A stretch of DNA of 64,000 nt from Heteronotia binoei (GCF_032191835.1 NC_083225.1:49352001-49416000), one strand, 5' to 3'; positions 13,113 to 26,280 are shown, counted from the stretch's first letter. Made by a program: numbers and translations. Notes: generated from the sequence alone by a model not told the origin.

Positions 13113-14722
13113 AACTTTCCACTATCAATGGAAGGCTGCCTTTTTTGGTATGTCCTGACACCATTCCCATAATGCCTATCTTATTGCTGTAGCAAGAAGC
13201 AAAGGAAGAGTGTGGGGAAGAGAAGGGGTGTACTTGGCTAGACAGAGCAAGTTGAGGCCCAGCAGCTCTGCCAGCAGTTCTCACATTGGTTCCTTGGGTG
13301 GAGGTCCCTTGGGTCTCACATTGGTCCCTTGGGTGGAGGAAAGTGGTTTTGTGCATGATTGCCCAGCATGTCCACCAGGGATTGGTTACCTGTATTGCAG
13401 GCTGTTCACACAAGTGCAAGGTTGTAGTTCAGCAAGGAGTTAAATGTAATCAGTGAACTTAAATGTGCTTAAATTTATGTAGACTGTGGTCATCAAGTAA
13501 CACAAGCAGATGCTTTGCTAGGTTAGATCATGAAAGTTTGATGGTGGTGGAAAGTACTGTCAAGTCACAACTGACTTATGGCAATCTGAAAGGTTTTAAG
13601 GGCAAGAGATGTACAGAGGTGTGCATTTGCTTGCCTCCATGTCACTACCCTGGGCTTCCTTGGAGGTTTGTTATAAAACAACTAGACAGGACTAATCCTG
13701 CTTAGCCTCTAAGATCTGATGTGGCTCGGCTAGTCTGGGCCATCCAGATCAGGGCCATGACAGTGTAGACATAGGAAAATGCCTTACATTGAGCCAGACT
13801 GCTTATCAAGGTCTACATTGGCTCCTCTGCTTGACAACAAATCTCTTGGGCCTCAGGTTGAGGACTTTCACAACACCTACCATCAGGCCTCAGATTCAGT
13901 GGGAGCTCACAGGAGCACAGCTCCTGCACCTTTCTGAGAGTTCCTCCTCCTCCTCCTGACAGTTCCACCTCCTTGTCCATTGAATAGTATGTGCAGCTAC
14001 ATAACAATCCCTGGATGAGCTCCACCACCTATTTTTCTACAAAACGATCCCAGGCTTTGAACCTGAGACGTTTTGCATAAAACGAAGATGTAACAACCAG
14101 TGAACCTCCCTGACAGTCTCTCTGTGGCTGCGATGTACATTTCACTGCCTCTCTAAAAGCCTGCTAAAATGTGCTCATGCTGCATAAAGGAAGATACATT
14201 TATAAATAATAACTCTTCAGATGTTTGTTCTAGTCTAACACACGTGTCCTCTGTGCTGACAGCGCCTAAGGCAGCTAGGAACATTTGCAGAGATTCTGAC
14301 ATAGGTATTATTCCCTCCCCCACCCTCCTTATTTAGCATCAGTGTGATCTTTAACAGAGATCTTTATTGTCTACTAGCAGCATTATTTTTACAATATTCT
14401 GAAGGCCAAAGGAATGCTGTGTTTTAATAAACAGTGCATGCTTGGGATAGCATGTCATCATGAGCTTGCAAAATGAAAATAACTGATGCATGCAGAAACA
14501 GTGAACATTAATCCCTGGGTAGCGAACTGGGAATTCACAACTACAGTATTGGACAGGAAATGTTACAGTTGTGCTGTATCTGAGCCCAAAAAAAATCCCA
14601 GAGTCATCCAGGTTCATAACCTTTATTTGGTATGCTACATTATTCAAAAGGCATCTTTAATTTCAAGCATGACAGCCTGAAAGCATTAAGAAAAAAAATA
14701 TCCCTGAACAGGCTGTTTAATC

Positions 14723-15588
14723 CAGGGGTATCAAATGTCCGGCCCGCGGGACAGAACCGGCCTGCCCAGGGCTTAATTAAACCCTTGGGGCTCTTTTCTC
14801 CCCCCTCCTGTTCTTATTCTTGGAAGCTCCAAGGCTGCCAAATTTCCCAGCTCCTTCTTCCTTGTTTTTCCAGGCTGAAGCAGGAAGCAATTCTGGGCTT
14901 CCAAAGAAAATTTGAATGGACTTTCCATTAAGGTCTCAATGCCTAGATTGACTACTCAGGGAGTAGCCTATCTGGGCACAGAGATCTTAATGGAAAATCC
15001 GTTCCACATTTTCGTTGTGACTTTGTCTGTGCCGCAATGTATTTTAATGGAGTGGAGCTCAGTTTCACTTTTCAGCATTTATATGGCCAATTAGAAACCA
15101 TTTCTTGCTGGAGTTGTGTGATCTTGCAAACATGCTTTGAGCTAGCATGTCTCTGCTGGAACTTAGAAACAGTGCCTAGTGAGTACTCTAACCTGGGAAC
15201 CCACAACCAAAAGGGGAGGGGGAGAAGCTTGCAATGCCCAGTCATTTCATATTTTCCTAAGCCCAGATAATTTTATTTTGTTGGTTTATATTTTTTGCTG
15301 TGTGTTTCTGCTGTGATCCTCATGCTTTTTCTTGATATTTTATTTTTAAAATTGCCTTGCCAAATCCCACTATTCCCCCACCTTTCCATTTTAAACAAAA
15401 CATTGCAAGAGTTCTAAGCATGTTTGTATTTTAAGTAAAAAATAATATATTTAATTGTGTTTCTCTGTATCCTTTGTAAAATGTATATCTCCACTACATG
15501 ACATTACATTTTATATGCATGTCCTGGTCCCACAAAGTCCCATTTATGTCAGATCTGGCCCTCGTAACAAATCAGTTCAACACCCCTG
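14723..15588. mobile_element. Non-autonomous hAT element
   Basis: TIRs caggggtatcaaa / ttcaacacccctg; perfect TSD gtttaatc. Confidence 0.9.
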
Positions 15589-16246
15589 GTTTAATCCTTT
15601 CACCTCCCAACACAGAAAGATATCTTGGCTCTTCCCCACTTGTGAGATGCTTACAGATAGCACAATCTACCTGCATTACAGGCTGCATAATATATGTCTG
15701 AGCATTTTAATTTATGGGGCTATTCTGTCAGAGCTTTTGTTTTAAATGCCAGGCTCTACTACAGGAAGAATGTAAGATCTGGCATTTGTTGCTCTGAATC
15801 TGCTGCTCAGTTTGATTTCGATGCTACAGTGAAACAAAGAAAGAAGAGTATAAAATCAAGATACATCCTTACAGTGTTACAATTTAGAAACAGCTTAGCA
15901 AAGAGTGGCTGTGTAAAGGTGACTCTTTTGTCAGCATCTTAAAAGAACTGAGGAAGCATTAATCACCCTGCAAGAGAATAATCTATTTTGAAACTCAAAG
16001 GCCTGCCTTCATCCTTGGACTCCAGTGATTCACACCAAGAACCAGATATATCTCAGGATGTTCTCCAGTGGTACCCCATCGACATCTTCTAGCTCCGCTG
16101 AAGTTCATGGTTCCAGAATAAAATATAGCCCTTTTTGATCTTGAGTGGTTACTTCCATGGGGAGGGATAGACTGAGATCCCCTTTCCCACCTGCAAGACT
16201 ACTAGAATTCTCAGTTTACTCCAGACCTTAAACTCACACTCTAACC

Positions 16247-17521
16247 CAGGGGTGTCGATCTCATTTGTTATGAGGGCAGGATTTGACATAAATGAGACCT
16301 TGTCAGGCCGAGCCATGTGTATCATAAAATGTAATGCCAGGTAGCGAACATATAAACTTTATAAAGGGCACAGACACACAATTAAAGATTGTTTTTTGCT
16401 TTAAATAAAACATGCTTAAATATTAGCCTGCTTGCAATATTTTGTTTTACAGTCTCTGATAAATGTCACCTCTTGCTATGAATTATTGCATCAAAAACTG
16501 CAGATAATGTCTGTGCTGTACCAGTCTTGAATTTGTGCTGTTCAGGGGTGCACATCTGTAAGTTGCAAACCTACTTTTGATTCATTGATATACATTACAG
16601 ACATCTCATGGTCAATGCTTTGAGCCTAAAACCCAGAGGAACGTGAAGTAGCTGGACATTGTGAGCATTTGTACAGAAGTTGCTTCACATAGTCAAGAAC
16701 ATGTGAAGGCACCATGGCACAGACTGAGGGCTATGTGCTTGTCTACAAAACTATAATTTTCCCCAGAAAAATGACTGCAACTCAAAAAAATTACAACTTC
16801 CCCCCAAAAAACAACTACAAGAACAGAGAGACAGCCATGTACAGTGGTCAGTGTTAGCCTACTATCTGGGAAGTCTAAATTCAAGACACCCAATCAAAGG
16901 AAAATGTGAAAGAAAAAATAAGGAAAATGTGCTGGGTAAACCAGCCTAATGCTGATATTTCTCTTCTAAATATTTCACATGCTTTCCTATTGAGAAAGAC
17001 TGGAGGGCATGAGTGTAGCGAAAAAGAGGAGGGGAACCCAGTCACAAGCCCAACCCAGTCACAAGCAAGGCAAAAAGCTCATACCTTCACTAAAACGTTG
17101 CTAGTCTTAAAAGCATTCTTTGTAGCTCTCCTGATGGTGGGGACTGGGCAAAGGAAGCTCTGGCTCTTTCTTTCTTTCCTTCCCCAGGACAGGAGGAGGG
17201 GGAGGAGCCCCAGCCATTCATTAGAAGGAAGAGAGGTTTGTCTCAGTAGCTCTGCAGAGTGATTAATTGAGCCTGGGAAAATTAATCAACCAACAGAGCT
17301 ATAGAGCCAAGCTCTCTGATTGGCTGAGGGTGCTCCTCCCTCCTCCTCCCTTTGGGAAAGGCTGCTTTGCTGCTCTGGCTTATCCGTGGAGAAATACAAA
17401 ATGGCGATTGAAAAAAGCAGGCAAGGGAAAATTAAGCAGATGGCAGCCAGTTGCTGGAGGGCCTGATTGGAGCCCTCTGCGGGCCTGATTTGGCCCACGG
17501 GCCATATGTTTGACACCCTCA
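16247..17521. mobile_element. Non-autonomous hAT element
   Basis: caggggtgtcga ... tttgacaccctca; perfect TSD ctctaacc. Related to 34743-35546. Confidence 0.88.
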
Positions 17522-18276
17522 CTCTAACCTGTCTGCTGCTACCCTCTATCCATCCTGCAGTAGGAGTTAGCAGGAGTCCTCAGAACTCGTGGCTTCCTTG
17601 TTGTATGCTGGTTCGCCTTGCCAATATTTTCTGGACAAAACAGGAGAACAAGTGAGTAAGTGGGCAGGGAAAGAACTAGAAGCTGACTAATGCACTAGTG
17701 ATAATCTGGCGTATACATACTGCCTGAAATTCCACTTCCTGGCAGCCTGATTGAATCAGGAAGTGAGAAAGTTTCTAGTTTAATCAACATTTCCCATGAG
17801 TGTTAGGTAGGTACATCGGCTTCAACAGATTTATAAGGATGCAATTTTGTTTGGGATTGCATTGATTTTGTTTGGGATTGCTACCTAATCAATTAATTGA
17901 AGACTCATATAATTATAGGAATTATTTAATTGACTCACTATCCTGGTCCTGGGACAAAAATCAACACTGTTATCAGAGCTAAAGACTAAGGATGTGGTCA
18001 AACAACAGACTTTGTGTGATCTGGTCCTGCCTCTAATTAAACCAGGTTTTGTTTTTTTGGTAATTGAGAGGTTTTTTTTGTTTTTTTTTTTTGAAAAAAA
18101 AATTCTTTATTACACCCAAGTGAAAAACACAGACATTTGACATACAATACATATACAATACATATATCTTACAGTCAGATCTCACAGTCACATCATCATA
18201 TTCAACCTCCCTCCACCTCACAGACATCCTCCCAAACATCCCGGGAGTAGACAGAGAATAACTTTATATATTCCCA

Positions 18277-20487
18277 TTAATCCAACACTATACCTTTACT
18301 TTTTACCCAACGAAATATTGGTTCCCAACTCTCTTTACATTTTTGTATATTGCCATCCCGTAGCCTTGTAGTCATTAAATCCAGTTCCGCAGCTTCTATA
18401 AGTTTTACAATGAATTCTTCTCTGGAAGGTATATTTGGTAACTTCCAGTATTTTGCATACAATACTCTTGCCACCGTAACAATATACATTAACACCTTAA
18501 TTGTTTTAGGCGGGAAGGTCTCTGTACAGACATTTAAAAGATATAGTTCTGGGGAGTGGTGTAATGTAATTTTTAAAATGTTCTGAGTCCAAATACTAAT
18601 TAACGCCCAATACTTTTTAGCGTGTTCACAATTCCACCAAACATGAAATAATGACCCTTTTATCTTTTTGCACTTCCAGCATTTATCAGAATAATTGGGA
18701 TGGACTTTGGCCAATCGATCTGGAGTTAAGTACCAGCGATAGATCATTTTATAGAGGTTTTCCTTATACAAAGCTGGCTTTATTAATTTTACATTTCTTT
18801 TCCATAATTTCTCCCAGTCTTCTATAGCAATACTATAGCCAAAATCCCTCAACCATTTAACCCAAGATTCTTTCACCACTTCTCCTTGCATTTTCTCCTT
18901 AAGCAACCACTCATAGGTTTTGGAAATTAATTTCTGGTCTGTCTGGATAATTTGGTCGAGGTCATTTAGTTTCTTAGAAAAGCCAAATTCTTTATCTTTT
19001 TGATATCTTGATTTTATTTGGCATTTGAGCCACCAATCCATTTGGTCCATTTCTTCTATTCGCAAGTTATTTTGTCTGTCTAATAAGTTTTGATAAGTTA
19101 AATTATTCCAGTTGTAAAGATTCGGGTGGGAGTGAGCCTCTATCGGTGATAACCACCTTGGCGTATAAGAATAGAACTTCCTAATCTCTATCCAAGCTCT
19201 GAAAAGAGATCGTCTTACCTCATGTCTCCAAAAGGAGCTATTTTGTGGGGGATTTTGGTACCAAAGATACCCATGCCATCCTCTCTCCAGACCCGCTCCC
19301 TCTATCACCAAGATTCTTTTATTTTTTAGTGCAAACCAGTCTGTTAGCCAAACTATTCGGCAAGCCATATGGTACAAATTCCATTCTGGCAGAGTAAGAC
19401 CACCCCTAAGTTTGCTATCCTGGAGTACCTTGAGCCTAATTCTGGGCTTTTTATTCTGCCAGATGAACAATGGAGTTATTTTGTTGATCTGTTGAAAAAA
19501 AAGTTTTGGAAGCAAGATAGGGATCATCTGACAGAAGAACAATATTCTTGGCAATACATTCATTTTTATGGTTGCTATCCTGCCCAGAAGTGAGATATGC
19601 AGATCTTTCCATCTGGTTAAGTCTTGTTGTATATCTTTTACTAATTTCTCATAATTGTTTCGATATAAGTCTTTCAAATCATTAGTCATTTGAATTCCTA
19701 AATATCTTATTTTTTTCCCGTATAAAAATTCCGACTGAATTTCAAATTGACTAACTTGTTCTTTATTCATATTTTTAGTAAAAAATTTCGTCTTCTGGAC
19801 ATTAATCCTGAGTCCCGCTACTTGCCCATATTGTTTAAATGTTTCTTTCAAATGCGCAATGGATAAATTAGGATCCTCCAAGACACACAGTAGATCATCT
19901 GCAAAAGCTTGAACCTTCAACTCCTCTCCCTTGATTTTGATGCCTCTTATTTCATCTTCATCTCTAATTCTTTGCAACAAAAGTTCTAAGGTTAAAACAA
20001 ATAGGAGGGGGGATAGGGGACACCCCTGTCTTGTGCCTTGTGCTATTTCGATCAGATCCGAATTGGTGTTATTAAAATTAATCTTGGCATTTTGTTCTGT
20101 ATAGATAGTCTTCACCATGTTAGAAAAATTTTCTCCACAGCCCACTGCTTTTAATGATCTCAAAATGAAATCCCAGTTCACATTGTCGAAGGCTTTCTCT
20201 GCATCGACAAATATAAACGCCACTTGCTTCTCTGGGTGCTCTTTATAAAATTCAATAGCGTTTAATAAGAATCTCAAATTTTGCCTCATTTGTCTACCTG
20301 GAATGAAGCCTGTTTGGTCTTCATGGACAATGGTGCCGATAACCTTTTTAAGTCTGTTTGCCAACACTGTAGCGAAGATCTTGTAATCGGCATTCAACAA
20401 CGAGATAGGTCTATAATTTCTCACTTCTGCTGGGTCTGTACCTTCCTTGTGTATTAACGAGATCAACGCCTCCTTCCAAGATACTGG
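18277..20487 (-). pseudogene. L1 ORF2 C-terminal part (RT plus CCHC knuckle), open frame but disconnected from EN
   Basis: YRPISLLN, DAEKAFD, QGTRQGCPLSP, FADD, YLG and CWKCx7Hx4C. Confidence 0.92.
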
Positions 20488-21634
20488 GCTTAAGTTTGTA
20501 TGCCAACCACCTACTAGTTTTGTTTGCACTTTCAAAGTGGGTTTGCTTCATCCATTTCAGCTTCTTTTCTACCTCCTCCATTAATAGTAGGTTAATCTGA
20601 TGTTGAATAGCTGAGATCTTTAGCCTTATCTCTTCTGTGTTTCTTTCCTTTAGTTGCTTCTCTTGCTCCCCTAATTTAAAAACCAATTCATTATAGGACT
20701 TCAATCGTTCTTTTTTCCTTCCCGCTGCATATCTTATTGCAATTCCCCGAAAAAAAGCTTTAAATGCATCCCAGATAATATGCATGCTGGTATCCTTGAC
20801 TAAATTGTGTTGAAAGAATTCTTTGATTTCCTTCTTGGCTGTTTCCAAAAATTTATCCTCTTTCAGGATCTGCAGGTTAAGGGTCCAACGAGAATTTTTT
20901 GAAGTTCCTATCAAATTCACCTGTATAGGATTGTGATCAGCATAAGTTCTTGGTAAAATATCTACCTGCTGGAGCGACAACATTAAGTCAGCCGATATCC
21001 AACACATATCGATCCTTGACCAGGACCTATGTGCCGATGAATAAAAAGTATAATCTTTAGTTGAGGGGTTCTTTGTTCTCCACGCATCTAGTAGATTAAA
21101 TTCATCTGCTAGTTTTAAAAAAGCTTTTGGCAAGATGTTCCGTATCTTTCTTTTTTTTTGTTCCTCAAATTTCTTATCCTTTTCCATGTCAAACACCGCA
21201 TTATAATCGCCAATTATGCAACAGTTCTTCGGTTCCAATTCTATCAGTTTTCTATGCAGAGTTTGGTAGAATTTCTCTAAATTCTCATTAGGAGCGTAAA
21301 TGTTCGCTAGTATCACTTTGTTACCATTAATGTCTATCTCTATTATCACTATTCTTCCCTTCTTATCCATATAAAGACATTTGGAGTGAATAGATCTGGA
21401 TATATAAATGGCTACTCCCCTCTTTTTTTTTTCTGGATCAGATGAATGATAGAGAATTCCTAATTTGTCATTTTGAAGGTATTTTATATCTTTTTCTTGA
21501 ATGTGCGTCTCCTGTAAACAAATTATTGAGGAGGAAGTCTTTTTCAGTTGCTGGAAGATTCTTCGTCTTTTTCGTGGGTCATTTAGACCGTTAACATTCA
21601 CTGATGTTATTTGCAATCCAGGCTTAGATCTCAT
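20411..21634 (-). pseudogene. L1 ORF2 N-terminal part (APE endonuclease), frameshifted at about 20488
   Basis: NVNGLN, CLQETH, NIYAPN, GDYN, SRID and ADH motifs. L1-like sequence stops after SRWLAYKLK. Confidence 0.9.
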
Positions 21635-22632
21635 TTTGACAAATCTATACTATCAGGTATTAATTTCTGGACTTTTTTAGTTCTGTTCTTTGTCCTAGTT
21701 CTGTCTCTCTGCGACCTCTGCACAGTTCGTTCCTCTGGATTACTCTGGCAGTCTTCTTCTTCTTGTTCGTCCCCTGTTTCCGATTCTCGACTACTCAAAT
21801 CCACAAATTGTTCCCAGAATTCTTCTAATTTTTCCATCGAGTTTATATTATATCTTCTGGATTGGTATGTAAAAAAAATCCCTTCCGGGATTAACCATCT
21901 GAATTGTATTGAGTGTCTAGTCAGCCATGATGACAATTTACGATATTTAACTCTACGCTGTCGAACTTCCCAGGGGACATCCTTCAACACTTTAATTTTG
22001 ACATCTTTCCATTTGAACTCCTGCTCTTTAGCTTTCCTCTGAATTTTTTCGCATGTTGTAGGATGTACAAATTTAACTTGGACCTCTCTTGCCAAATTAT
22101 GTCGCCGCGTGTAATTGGAGGAGACTCTTCTAGCCCACTCAATGTCTCTCCTTCCCCCCTCCAGGCATTCATCATCTTCAAAAGTCAGCACCTCCATAAT
22201 CTTCTCTAATATATTTTCATTCTTTTCCTCTGGTATATCCTGGAAGCGTAATATGTGGGCCGCTTTCTCCACCTCTAGCCTTATTACCCTTTCCTCTAGT
22301 TGGGCCACTCTTGCTGCGTTATCTTGAACTTTGTTGGACATCTCTTTTTCTTTTTCCTCTATCTTGTCCACTTTAGCAGTCAAACTGTGAGTCTGCTGGG
22401 TATTCCCTAGCAATTGTTTTTGGAATTCTTCAACCTGTTTGTTAGTTTTTATTATCTGTCCCATTAAGTCTACTTTCATCACCTCTAACGCTTCCTGGTT
22501 TTGTTTAAAGCCAGCCATCACTATGTTTTGTAGCTTCTCAATGGCATCTTGATTTGTTGCCTCTGGCACTAGTTTCCCCCCTCCCCCCGGTGTGGGTGAG
22601 GGGGTACCTTGTCCCAATTTTTTAGGTCCCAT
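21631..22632 (-). CDS. L1 ORF1p, 333 aa (coiled coil, RRM-like region, CTD; Transposase_22-like), intact
   Basis: Heptad-rich N-terminal half; HILRFQDIPEEKNE, IEWARRV and IKVLKDVP motifs typical of L1 ORF1; lies directly upstream of the EN ORF. Confidence 0.88.
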   Translation of the reverse strand: MGPKKLGQGTPSPTPGGGGKLVPEATNQDAIEKLQNIVMAGFKQNQEALEVMKVDLMGQIIKTNKQVEEFQKQLLGNTQQTHSLTAKVDKIEEKEKEMSNKVQDNAARVAQLEERVIRLEVEKAAHILRFQDIPEEKNENILEKIMEVLTFEDDECLEGGRRDIEWARRVSSNYTRRHNLAREVQVKFVHPTTCEKIQRKAKEQEFKWKDVKIKVLKDVPWEVRQRRVKYRKLSSWLTRHSIQFRWLIPEGIFFTYQSRRYNINSMEKLEEFWEQFVDLSSRESETGDEQEEEDCQSNPEERTVQRSQRDRTRTKNRTKKVQKLIPDSIDLSK

Positions 22633-23059
22633 CTCTATTTCCCATAAAACTACCTTTACCTCTCAGTTAAATATTAATGTTATTTTAACTTCCTGAACCC
22701 ACTGTTCTCTATCCCCTTACTCAGAGGATTCCCTTAGTTAATTAGATTAATACAATCAATACAATTAGTTAGGTTAATACAACTAATTTGTTCAGTCCAT
22801 ATATAATCCAAGCAATTCAATTCAGTTCAGTTCAGTTCATTCAATTCAGTACATCAAATTACCTTAATTACAATTCATTAAATTTCCCAATTTCTATTTC
22901 ATATATAATACAATTACCCTAGTACCAAAATATGCCACTATACAATAGAATTACTACTCCTGTTCCAGCAGCTGTACCATAAACCATAAACTTCTTCCCC
23001 AAGCACTGCAAAACCCTTTATACAAAAGTACAGCTCTCAATTCTCCTATATGATTGTCT

Positions 23060-23130
23060 CTTCTGTTATATATGTTCTATTATGTTATATATGTTCTATT
23101 ATGTTCTTCTGTTATATATGTTCTATTATG
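23060..23130. repeat. 19-27-bp tandem repeats in the L1 5' UTR
   Basis: ttatatatgttctattatg occurs three times. Confidence 0.85.
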
Positions 23131-26100
23131 CTCTTCCTTTCCAGTTAACTCTATTTATCTTTCTTCTGTTCTTCTTCCACCCTATAGTACTTTTTGTTTT
23201 AATTGTCTATGTTAAGGAGTTTATTCCAACTTATTTCAAACAGTTTCTTTGCAGTCAAAAACCCATCTTCAGTGGAGAGACAGCCGCAGGAAATCACTGC
23301 TAAGAACCGTCCCTCCACCCTTTATCCAGTATATATCTTCTAAATCTTATGCTCAGTCTCTTTTTAGTTCCGTTCCCCTGAAAACCAAGACAAGTCCTAG
23401 ACGCTCTGACTTTCCACAATAGACGCCATTCCCTTCCCACCTCATGGTTTCGCTTTCAACAGCGTCAATGCCGCCATTAAAGCATCTTCACCACAACGCT
23501 TTCAAACAGTTCTTCTCTTCCTTCCTGTCTCTTACACTTTCTTTACCCTGCCGCCTCTAGTATTTTACAGTTTGTTTTCCATTTAAATTCCTCCGTCCAT
23601 CTTTCTACAGATAGCTACTTACTCTGTCCATCAATCCATCCGACCGCGACTTTTTCTTCCAGAATACAGCTTCTGCCGCCGCCGCGCCTGCCCACCGTCC
23701 GTTTCTCTGCCCGGTCAACTCCGCTTCGTCTTCCCGTTTGGCCTTATTCTTGATGTTTGAAATTCCTTCTTCTTCCCTTCTGTTCTCTATTAACTCCCAA
23801 TAGTCCAATTATATCATGATTTGGTCATTAAACAGATACATTTACCGTTCTTCCGTTTCTTCGCTCCACGCCGCTTCTCCGCTTCTCCACACTCTCTGCT
23901 TTCTACGTTCTGCGTCTCTCAATCCCAGTACTCGTTCCGCAACACAGTCACCAATTTCGATGGATACTTTTTGGAAATATGGTTTCAACTTACAAGTCCT
24001 TCTTGTTGATTCCTGCAGCGGATAAAAGATGTTGCCTCCGTCTGCTCCCTTGTCCGGTGGCCCGATTTGTCACCATGGTGTTGCTGGGCATCGGCTACAG
24101 GGACTCAATGGAGCTGGACGGAGAGCCTCCGCTACCCGTCCAATCTCCAAATGGCACCCCAAACTGTGATGCGTCTTCTGACGCTTCTTTAGGGGGTACT
24201 TCCAGTCGGGAAGCCCCCCCAAATGCCCCGCAAAACAAAGCTTTTCCCGGAGCTCGGGAAAATGCTCAGCGACACCGCGCCATTACACCAGAAGTCCGGT
24301 AATTGAGAGTTTTGATTAGACTGTAACCTGCTTCAGTGCGCATGCTCTACATAGCTGATTGATCAGATTACAGCTTATGGGAAGCTGTGCTTCAAACTTC
24401 TGGCAAGATGGTGGCTAGTGGCCAATGGGATTGCTGGAGGCTGCTGGAATATGTAGTTCAGCACGGGGAGAGTGTTTTTGAAACTTTGCTTTGGAGATTT
24501 TCTTAAGAAAAACACAGTCTTGAAAAGCTCCCATGAGGGACAGAAACCGATTCCTCACTAGCAGTTGCTCAGCCCCCAGGCTTCCGCTTTTCCCAACTCT
24601 AGTGATCAATTCCCCACTAGTCGCTATGCAGGTGCATTTTGACCTTCAGTACCCTCCAATTTCCCTCATGGCTTCTGGATTTTTAAAAAACAAGAGCAGG
24701 AAGCTGCAAGAGAAATTGGAGAGAGCTGTGGATCAGAATGTGCCTGCACAGTAACTGGTGGGGAATTGATTGCTTGAGTTGGGGAAAGCAGAAGTCTGGG
24801 AGCTGAGCAACTGCAAGTGAGGAATCAGTCAGAGAGAGAGAGATGTCTGTAAACTGTAAATAATAAACACACCAGTGGTGGTTGACGAACCAGTGGTGGT
24901 TGACGAACCAATGAGCTTATATTCCTACCTGATAAAAATGGGCAGGGGGGAAATGGACGGGAAGGTTCACACTTCACAAATGGACTGAGTTCACAACAGG
25001 GGAGTTCAGACACCCTAAAATGTGGGATGAAAGCATAAGGACTGGACTTTCACTGGTGCCTAATCCCTTCAATGGTGGGTCAGAACGGGGTGCCAACACT
25101 GAGGAATGGGAGATAGATGCCACTGTCTGATTGTGCACTTTAAATCCAGAAGGGAACAGCATTGACTTTGGATCAAACTGCTCATCTGATCGCAGCCTAA
25201 TTCAACCTGCAGTTTGAAGGGAACCCTCCCAGCCAAAACACAGTATTTGTATCTGAGCTGGAGGCTTTTGCTACACTATTAGGTTACATCTGACAAACCA
25301 GCCAGGGAATGAATTTTTATCCATGGTGGTGTATCTGGTTCTCCATCTCCCATACTTTTATTCTCACCAAAATGATGTGAGCTAGGTTAGGCTGAGTGAT
25401 AATCATTGGCCCAGTGAATTTGGATTTGAACTGAAGTCTCCTCATCCTTGATTTGGCATTTTACTATGCACATTTTCTCATGGAAAGAAATGCAAAAGAG
25501 TTATTTTGGACATTACAGTGGTTGGGCAGATTCCATTGCTAGTTAGAATTGTATGGCTGATCAGCTACCGCATGCCAAGAGGAGATTATATCACCTATTA
25601 TCAGATTTTCTGCAAATTCATTCTTCTCCTCTGAACTGCTGAAGTGGGAGCTTGCAAGAGAGGAGGGCTATTTGTGAGTAGGATTTATCTAGTAAAGTCA
25701 CTGAAAGCATAAGGGACTTATACATCTTACTCACTTAACACTGCACATGATAGTCAAAGCTGCTGTCACTATGCAGGTATTAGAATACCATACTATAGTG
25801 ATCTCTTATTATTTTGTGATTGGTGGTTCCAAAGAATACAAGCACCAACCAATACAAGTCTAGGCAGTTGCAAGATTTCTTTTTGCTTCACACAGGGTGG
25901 AGAAATGCCTTGAAAAAAATTGGACCTTGCAGAAAGACAATGCTTGTATGCATTTACTTTCCTGCCATTTCCCCAAACAGGAAAATTCCTTCAGTTATCT
26001 TCTATAACATAACAGAAGTTAACATGCTTTTCCTTTCTCCCTGTTTTTAGACTCTTTTGCTAGCAAAAAACCTCACAATACAGGCAAGGAAAAGTCTTGA

Positions 26101-26280
26101 AAAATATCCTCCTTCCCTGCTACTCTAATACGAAGAAATAAAACCCTAGAATTGATTGTTTTCAAAAAATAAAATTAAAGTGCTACAGAAGGCAAAGGTC
26201 TCACAATCATGATGACATTAAGCAGTGACAAAATGAGTTACAATGGATAGTAGACTATATACCTTCAGTTCTCTGAATGA

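Larger units (their letters stand above)
18071..24297 (-). mobile_element. Full-length L1 (LINE-1 clade) with internal ORF2 deletion
   Basis: TSD ggtaattgagag at 18059-18070 and 24298-24309. A-rich tail at about 18071-18092, AATAAA at 18106-18111, CpG-rich 5' UTR starting GGACTTCTGG, ORF1, EN, RT and CCHC knuckle. Confidence 0.95.

Noticed and set aside
20411-20535. Programmed ribosomal frameshift joining the overlapping EN and RT ORFs
   Set aside because: No slippery heptamer at the junction, and comparison with the second L1 shows over 100 aa missing. It is a deletion.
22633-23995. Intron within the L1 5' UTR
   Set aside because: GTAAGT-like donors exist, but I found no pyrimidine-rich acceptor before ORF1.
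23605-24025. Extra upstream ORFs in the L1 sense strand
   Set aside because: Short, non-ATG or weak starts, and no recognisable motif.
24871-24910. 18-bp direct repeat (also 30-bp at 40778-40837 and about 23-bp at 40605-40650)
   Set aside because: Simple two-copy slippage duplications with no spacers or further structure.
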